Made by a program: the position numbers and the translations under genes. 64,000 nucleotides of DNA from NCBI GenBank assembly GCA_964605775.1, contig CAZSDU010000006.1, positions 10,258-74,257 of the forward strand, written 5' to 3'. This DNA comes from an uncultured Prolixibacteraceae bacterium. GTDB lineage: Bacteria > Bacteroidota > Bacteroidia > Bacteroidales > FEN-979. Below the pieces are notes generated by a model, which saw only the letters and a program-made list of their open reading frames with translations, was not told where the DNA came from and made no database searches. Positions 58,220-64,000 of this stretch are shown in pieces. Positions within the stretch are counted from its first letter, which is position 1; every line of letters begins with the position of its first letter.

Positions 58220-59112
58220 GAGTGATCCATATTATCAATGATCCATTTAATTTGTTTATAAACATCCTTTTTCACAGGAACAAGGGGTAATCTTAACAGA
58301 TTCTGGCAGAGTCCCATAATATTCAGCCCGGCTTTGATTCCTGAAGGACTACCATCAAGGAAAAGGGAATTGATTAAATCAATTAAGCTGTAATGCAATT
58401 CCCTGGCTTTTTCAAACTCACCCAACAACCCTTTACGTACCATTTCAGAAAAAGCCCGAGGGTAAGCGTTGGCTATTACAGAGATCACACCATCGGCACC
58501 GGCGGATAACAATGGCAGAGTTAACCCATCATCACCTGAAAACACGAGAAAATCTTTGGGTTTATTTTTGATTACCTGGTAAATCTGATCAAAATTGCCG
58601 GAAGCTTCTTTAATCCCAATAATATTGGGGACCTCACAGGCCAGCCTGATCGTGGTAGATGCACTGATGTTGCTGCCTGTTCGACCGGGAACAGTATATA
58701 GGATCACCGGCACAGGACTAGCTTCGGCGATGGTTTTAAAATGAAGATAGATTCCCTCCTGCTGTGGCTTGTTATAGTATGGAGATACAGATAAAATAGC
58801 AGCAATATCTTTAAAGGGTGTGGCATGAATATTTAAAACAACATCGGAGGTGGAATTGCCACCAATGCCAACGACCACCGGCACTCTGTGATTTACCTTT
58901 ATTACCGAAAATTCAATCAGGGCTTTCTTTTCCTGTTTGGAAAGGGTTGAAGCTTCCCCGGTGGTGCCAAGAACAACAACAAAATCCACTCCTCCGTCAA
59001 TCACATGGTCAAGAATTTTTTCGCAGGCATCAAAATCAATGGCACCTGACTTTTTAAAAGGAGTGATCAGTGCAACCCCGGTTCCTTTAATATTTTTCAA
59101 TCCCTTTTTCAC
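58216..59112 (-). CDS. dapA: 4-hydroxy-tetrahydrodipicolinate synthase
   Basis: 298 aa with a GTG start. GTGVALITPF, VLGTTGE, YNKP and GIKEASG (catalytic Lys) are present. Confidence 0.9.
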   Translation of the reverse strand: MKKGLKNIKGTGVALITPFKKSGAIDFDACEKILDHVIDGGVDFVVVLGTTGEASTLSKQEKKALIEFSVIKVNHRVPVVVGIGGNSTSDVVLNIHATPFKDIAAILSVSPYYNKPQQEGIYLHFKTIAEASPVPVILYTVPGRTGSNISASTTIRLACEVPNIIGIKEASGNFDQIYQVIKNKPKDFLVFSGDDGLTLPLLSAGADGVISVIANAYPRAFSEMVRKGLLGEFEKARELHYSLIDLINSLFLDGSPSGIKAGLNIMGLCQNLLRLPLVPVKKDVYKQIKWIIDNMDHS

Positions 59113-59647
59113 GATTAATTATGGTTAGATAGTGTTTTACATATCCCAGGTATTCATCAAAACCAACATTTGCTTTAGGGTCAATCATAAAATCATAGTA
59201 CTTGGCATTCTCTTCTGAAAAACGTCCGACTTTACAATATGACTTCGACAAGCCACAGATGTATCTAAGAGGGAAACTATCCTGGAGGCTCAGATCAATC
59301 AGGATATCAAATTCCCTCGAAATAAAATCTCTGACTGTGGCATGTATAGGTTTATAAAACCAAGTCATGTCTTTTTTTGAAAAAAAGTCGAAGGAGAGTC
59401 TGGGAAGGAAACGGGAAATCAGTTCACGGTTTTTAACAAAGCCAAGTGCCTTCACTTCTTTATGATCATGCTGCAATTCGGCGACAAATTCTGAAACTTT
59501 TTCATAGTCAGGAACATCCTCAAGCGTATAAACAATTCCGATATGCCTTGCATCCATCAGGTTCAACATTCGTTTTTGACGCGAATGATGTGATACTTCC
59601 TTCATGAAAGCGTAGATTCCTATGCGTCTACGAATAGCTCCAAGCAT
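59087..59647 (-). CDS. hypothetical protein (DUF6913-like, conserved upstream of dapA in Bacteroidota)
   Basis: 186 aa. It overlaps the dapA start by 26 nt in the same orientation. The family name is from memory of synteny only. Confidence 0.45.
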   Translation of the reverse strand: MLGAIRRRIGIYAFMKEVSHHSRQKRMLNLMDARHIGIVYTLEDVPDYEKVSEFVAELQHDHKEVKALGFVKNRELISRFLPRLSFDFFSKKDMTWFYKPIHATVRDFISREFDILIDLSLQDSFPLRYICGLSKSYCKVGRFSEENAKYYDFMIDPKANVGFDEYLGYVKHYLTIINREKGIEKY

Positions 59648-59743
59648 GATAACGTTTGTCAGGTTTCAGATTTTGCAAAGTTACTATTTTCCCCAATCAG
59701 ATATCCTTGAAATGTATAATTTTGACGAAAAATCCCATTCAGG

Positions 59744-60511
59744 ATGCAGATCATATTTTTAGGCACAGGAACTTCCCAGGGGGTTCCTGTTATTGCCTGT
59801 CATTGCCCTGTATGCAGTTCTTCCGATTTCAGGGATAAAAGGCTAAGATCATCTATCCTGATTCATCTCGGGGATAAACGCATTGTCGTTGATTGCGGCC
59901 CTGATTTTAGACAGCAAATGCTCAGGGAGGAAACGGACCGGATTGATGCCATCCTGGTTACCCATGGGCATAAAGACCATATCGGAGGACTGGATGATGT
60001 CAGGGCATTCAATTATATACTGCAGAGACCAACCGATGTTTATGTTGGACAACCGGCTTACGGTATCATACAAAGAGAGTTCTCCTATGCTTTTGAGAAA
60101 AATCCCTATCCGGGGGTCCCGGAAATAAACCTTATTGAATTTCGAAATGAACCTTTTCAAGTTCAGGATATTTCTGTCATTCCAATCATGGCTTACCATT
60201 TTAACCGGGATCAGTATGTCTACGGATTCCGGATTCAAGATTTCACCTACCTGACTGATGCCGTGCACATTCCGGAACATGAAAAACAAAAAATATGCGG
60301 TAGTAAGGTTTTGGTGTTAAATGCATTGAGAATAAAGAAACATTATTCCCATTTCAGCCTTGAAGAAGCCTTAGCCCTGATGAAGGAATTTAATCCGGAA
60401 CGCGGTTATCTCACGCATATCAGTCATCAGATGGGAAAACACGAAGAGGTAAATCCCGGGCTGCCTGTTAATGTCCAGCTTGCTTACGATGGACTAAACA
60501 TCACCGTATAG
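59744..60511 (+). CDS. MBL-fold metallo-hydrolase (PhnP/GPP-like)
   Basis: LGTGTSQGVP and VTHGHKDHIGG (HxHxDH motif), 255 aa. Confidence 0.8.
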   Translation: MQIIFLGTGTSQGVPVIACHCPVCSSSDFRDKRLRSSILIHLGDKRIVVDCGPDFRQQMLREETDRIDAILVTHGHKDHIGGLDDVRAFNYILQRPTDVYVGQPAYGIIQREFSYAFEKNPYPGVPEINLIEFRNEPFQVQDISVIPIMAYHFNRDQYVYGFRIQDFTYLTDAVHIPEHEKQKICGSKVLVLNALRIKKHYSHFSLEEALALMKEFNPERGYLTHISHQMGKHEEVNPGLPVNVQLAYDGLNITV

Positions 60512-62135
60512 TTTTCCTGACCCTTTTTAATGTCAGCAGATTCATGGGATTGCTGCCTAATCCATGGATATTTTTCCTGACAAACCTTAATACTCTGTCA
60601 TAATATAGAATGATCACCGGGGAATCACGCATGAGTATTTTCTCCATTTCGCGGTAATAGATTATCCTCAGGCTGTCGTCAATGACCGATAAAGCTTTTT
60701 CATAAAGTTCGTCGAAGGCAGGATCAGAAAAATGAGTATAATTTGGTCCCTTTGGACAAAAGTTCCTGCTGTAAAACAGGGATAAATAATTTTCGGCATC
60801 CGGGTAATCAGCGATCCATGAAGCCCTGTAAAAGGGTAATTTTGCTTGGGCTTTCATTTCCTTGACGGCAGCCGGAGGACTGACTTCAATGTTGATCTCA
60901 ATGCCAAGCTCACCTGCCTGAGACTGAATAAATTTGCAAATATCAAGGTAGTCGGGGGTTGAAGTAAGGGTTATCGGGTTAAGCCCCCTCCCAAAGGGAT
61001 ATCCGGCTTCTTTCAACAACTGCATCGCTTGTCTGGGGTTATAATCATAGAACAAATTCGCCGCATCAAAGGAAGGAAAACCTTCAGGGACAATGCCATT
61101 GACACCGGGTGTTCCGATGCCATTTCTCAAGTAACGTATCATTTTTCCGCGATCAAAGGAATAATTAATCGCTTGTCGGATCTTTTTTCTTTTTAACGGA
61201 TTGTTTTTCATTACCGGATTCAGGCTATCCATCATAAAACCAAGGTATTCAGTATTTAAATAAGGTTGAGCAATGAGCTGGATTTCTTCGGCATATTTGT
61301 CTTTAAGATCTCCTTGAGGAGTGAGTAATTCATCTTTATATGTAGGATCTATTCCCGACATAAAATCCAGTTTGCCCTTGATAAATTCCAAAAATGCAGA
61401 TTGCTTATCTGCTACGAAAGTGATGGCCACCGCATCAAGGTATGGAAGCTGCTTCCCATCCTCTGTTTCAAAGTACTTTTTGTTTTTCACCAATATCAGT
61501 TTCACTCCTTCTTTCCACATTTTCAAGTTAAAAGGGCCTGTGCCGACAGGATTTCTTCTAACATCACTGCCATAATAAGAAATGGCTTCTTCGGGTATCA
61601 CGGAGCAATATTGCATGGTCAGAAGTCCGAGAAAAGGTGGAAATGCTTTTTTCAATCTGATTGAGAATGTGGAGTCATTGATGGCATGAAATGCTTTTTC
61701 GCCATCCTTGTCTATATCCACATTCCCAAAAATCCATGCCCCGGGAGAAGCCGTTTTCTCATTGATTATTCGGTAAAAGCTATACCGGAAATCAAGGGCG
61801 GTGACTTTCCTCCCTTTTCCTGATTTGAAACATGGATTATCATGGAACACAACATCTCTACGAAGGTGAAAAGTATAGGTGCAGCCGTCAGAAGATATTT
61901 CCCATGATTTTGCAATACAGGGAAGCACTTCCAGCTTATCGTCAAGCTGCACTAAACCATCAAATAACTGATGGGTCGCCCATATCGTGGATTGATCCCT
62001 GGCAAAACCAGGATCAAGGGTGGTGATGTTCGCCGGTTCATTATACCTGAAAACGCTTTTCCCTTCATTCTCGTGTTTAAGATTACAAGAAAAAAGAAGA
62101 AAAACGAGTAAGATGATGCTGGTCGAATTTTTCAT
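60501..62135 (-). CDS. ABC transporter substrate-binding lipoprotein, family 5 (peptide/nickel type)
   Basis: Lipoprotein signal MKNSTSIILLVFLLFSCN. The body is SBP_bac_5-like (LDPGFARDQ, LVQLDDKLEVLP, DVVFHDN). The track start at 62147 is TTG, and the ATG is at 62135. Confidence 0.8.
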   Translation of the reverse strand: MKNSTSIILLVFLLFSCNLKHENEGKSVFRYNEPANITTLDPGFARDQSTIWATHQLFDGLVQLDDKLEVLPCIAKSWEISSDGCTYTFHLRRDVVFHDNPCFKSGKGRKVTALDFRYSFYRIINEKTASPGAWIFGNVDIDKDGEKAFHAINDSTFSIRLKKAFPPFLGLLTMQYCSVIPEEAISYYGSDVRRNPVGTGPFNLKMWKEGVKLILVKNKKYFETEDGKQLPYLDAVAITFVADKQSAFLEFIKGKLDFMSGIDPTYKDELLTPQGDLKDKYAEEIQLIAQPYLNTEYLGFMMDSLNPVMKNNPLKRKKIRQAINYSFDRGKMIRYLRNGIGTPGVNGIVPEGFPSFDAANLFYDYNPRQAMQLLKEAGYPFGRGLNPITLTSTPDYLDICKFIQSQAGELGIEINIEVSPPAAVKEMKAQAKLPFYRASWIADYPDAENYLSLFYSRNFCPKGPNYTHFSDPAFDELYEKALSVIDDSLRIIYYREMEKILMRDSPVIILYYDRVLRFVRKNIHGLGSNPMNLLTLKRVRKTIR

Positions 62136-62178
62136 GGTGTTGGGCAAAATTACTTTTTTTTTATTATCGGGAAGTCAG

Positions 62179-62211
62179 TTGATTCCCCTGATAGATTTTC
62201 ATGTACCTTTG
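62179..62211 (+). promoter_or_regulatory. Bacteroidota sigma-A type promoter for the M1 peptidase gene
   Basis: TTG at 62179-62181, a 22-nt spacer, then TACCTTTG at 62204-62211. The ATG is 20 nt downstream. Confidence 0.4.
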
Positions 62212-62230
62212 TTCAATTAACCATTTTATC

Positions 62231-64000
62231 ATGAAAACATTTTTTCTCCTTTTCTTCATTTCTTTCTTTCTCCATTTTTTTTGTTATGCCCAGACAAATT
62301 TCTCCGATGGGGCCAGGGAGTGTTCATTAAGAAAATCATTGCTTCAGGATATTCCCTCACGACCGGCCTCCCCAGAAAGTGGTCCTTCTCATACGTTTGA
62401 TGTCTTGAGTTATTCCTTGAATCTTAACTTATATTCCTGTTATACTGGAACTTATCCCAACAGTTTCAAAGGTTCCAATACCATAACCTTCAGGGTTGAT
62501 TCAAGCCTCAATGCCATCGTGCTGAATGCAACAAATTCATCCCTGATCATTGATTCGGTAAGGCTTGCGGGGGCATCCTTTACACATTCCGGGAATCTGC
62601 TCAGTATTGCACTCAACCGCCAGTATTATCCGGGTGAAACGGCAACTGTAAAAATATTTTATAGCCATAAAGATGTTGAGGATTATGCTTTTTATTCGAG
62701 CGGAGGATTTGTTTTCACTGATTGTGAGCCAGAGGGAGCAAGAAAATGGTTCCCCTGCTGGGACAAACCAGCAGATAAAGCAAAGGTGGAATTATTCGCC
62801 AAGGTACCCTGGAATGTAAAGCTGGGCTCGAATGGCAGCCTTGTTGACTCGACATTTTCGGGAAACGGGGATACCCTGACTTATCATTGGGTAAGTGAGG
62901 AAAATGTAGCTACTTACCTAATGGTTATCACCTCGAAAGTCAATTATAACCTGGATATCGTATATTGGCATAAGCTTAGTAACCCTGCCGATAGTGTCCC
63001 CATAAGGTTTTACTACAATTCAGGGGAAAATCCAGGGATGATTAAGGATATGATTGTTCCGATGACCACCTGGTATTCGGAAAATTTTTGTGAGCATCCG
63101 TTTACCAAGAATGGCTTTGCTACACTGAATAATCAGTTTGGCTGGGGTGGAATGGAAAATCAGACCCTGACAAGCCTTCGGCCTTACGGATGGCAGGAAG
63201 GACTGGTTGCCCATGAGTTTGCGCATCAATGGTTTGGGGATATGATTACCTGTGCTACCTGGGCAGATATCTGGTTAAACGAAGGTTTTGCTACCTGGAG
63301 TGAAGCCTTTTGGTATGAAAGTTATGGGGGTTCCCCTGCCTACAAGTCACAGATCAATCAATATGCTAATGATTATCTTGCTTCAAACCCTGGTTGGGCC
63401 ATTTCTGACCCTTCATGGGCTGTAACCACGCCAAATTCCAATACCCTTTTTAATTATGCAATAACTTACGCCAAGGGTGCCTGTGTCATTCATCAACTCA
63501 GATATGTTCTGGGGGATTCCTTGTTTTTCGCCGTTTTAAAGACCTATTGTGCCGATACCAACCTAAGATATAAATCGGCCGTGATCAACGATTTTATTGA
63601 AATCGTCAATGATGTTTGCAATGATAATTATAATTGGTTTTTCAATGAATGGATTTTTTTACCCAATCACCCTGCTTATCATAACACTTATAACATACAT
63701 GAACTTGGTAATAACCAGTGGCAGGTTAATTTTTTTGTTGAACAGACTCAATCGAATCCTTCATTTTTCAAGATGCCAATAGAAATTAAGATCAAGTATG
63801 AGGATTACACCGATACCCTGTTCCGTGTCATGAATGAAGCCAATTACCAGCAATATAGCTGGATATTCAATAAAAAGCCCATCATGTTATTTTTTGACCC
63901 CAATAAAAATATCGTTTTAAAATCCGCCAGTACCATCGTCGGAGAACCCGGGATTCTTCCTCAAGAAGGTCAAGAGGCAGTATTTCAGAATTATCCCAAC
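62231..64000 (+). CDS. M1-family metallopeptidase (aminopeptidase N-like), secreted, 3'-truncated by the window edge
   Basis: This ORF is not in the track because it has no stop before the window end. My translation from ATG 62231 gives a signal peptide MKTFFLLFFISFFLHFFCYAQ, then GGMENQT, HEFAHQWFG and WLNEGFA (exopeptidase motif, HExxH and the downstream Glu). The last codons, FQNYPN, look like the start of a T9SS CTD. Confidence 0.85.
   Translation, partial: MKTFFLLFFISFFLHFFCYAQTNFSDGARECSLRKSLLQDIPSRPASPESGPSHTFDVLSYSLNLNLYSCYTGTYPNSFKGSNTITFRVDSSLNAIVLNATNSSLIIDSVRLAGASFTHSGNLLSIALNRQYYPGETATVKIFYSHKDVEDYAFYSSGGFVFTDCEPEGARKWFPCWDKPADKAKVELFAKVPWNVKLGSNGSLVDSTFSGNGDTLTYHWVSEENVATYLMVITSKVNYNLDIVYWHKLSNPADSVPIRFYYNSGENPGMIKDMIVPMTTWYSENFCEHPFTKNGFATLNNQFGWGGMENQTLTSLRPYGWQEGLVAHEFAHQWFGDMITCATWADIWLNEGFATWSEAFWYESYGGSPAYKSQINQYANDYLASNPGWAISDPSWAVTTPNSNTLFNYAITYAKGACVIHQLRYVLGDSLFFAVLKTYCADTNLRYKSAVINDFIEIVNDVCNDNYNWFFNEWIFLPNHPAYHNTYNIHELGNNQWQVNFFVEQTQSNPSFFKMPIEIKIKYEDYTDTLFRVMNEANYQQYSWIFNKKPIMLFFDPNKNIVLKSASTIVGEPGILPQEGQEAVFQNYPN

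Noticed and set aside
1-64000. CRISPR arrays, IS elements or transposases, prophage genes, tRNA or rRNA genes, and known anti-phage defence systems
   Set aside because: I saw no regularly spaced direct repeats, no transposase, reverse transcriptase, nuclease-helicase or defence-type ORFs, and no tRNA T-arm (GGTTCGAATCC-like) or rRNA-like sequences in the intergenic regions. This was a visual scan, so small or degenerate elements could have been missed.

Overview
This window looks like a chromosomal segment from a Bacteroidota bacterium. It is AT-rich and densely coding, with about 58 CDS. The phylum call rests on four observations. Four proteins carry type IX secretion (T9SS) C-terminal sorting domains. 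Several genes are preceded by the Bacteroidota promoter pattern TTG/TTTG, about 20 nt of spacer, then TAnnTTTG. The bamD-rpoZ-coaBC-DUF4835-recN arrangement is present. A DUF4295 mini-gene follows rpmG.

Most content is housekeeping:
- kdsA, rarA and a split pntAA-pntAB-pntB transhydrogenase
- xerD, rpmG-DUF4295, ftsY, rimO, gyrA and clpC
- an etfB-etfA, membrane Fe-S oxidoreductase and acyl-CoA dehydrogenase operon
- fabI, recN, coaBC, rpoZ, bamD and dapA

Two blocks look accessory:
- a six-gene minus-strand envelope/glycan operon at 8526-16718 (HAD, secreted unknown, GT39, GH63-like, DUF2961/GH172, CAP-SPOR)
- a plus-strand outer-membrane uptake-like locus at 26540-31964 (two YncE/DUF5074-like beta-propellers, a T9SS surface protein and a small TonB-dependent receptor)

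The most unusual element is an orphan transcription unit at about 32785-33093. It is about 310 nt, non-coding, purine- and GGA-rich, and has its own promoter and a strong terminator. I could not assign it to any RNA family from its sequence.

I recognised no rRNA, tRNA, CRISPR array, IS element or prophage. All family calls come from remembered motifs and synteny, because no database search was possible. Several ORF-track starts are TTG or GTG N-terminal extensions, and I moved those to downstream ATG codons.
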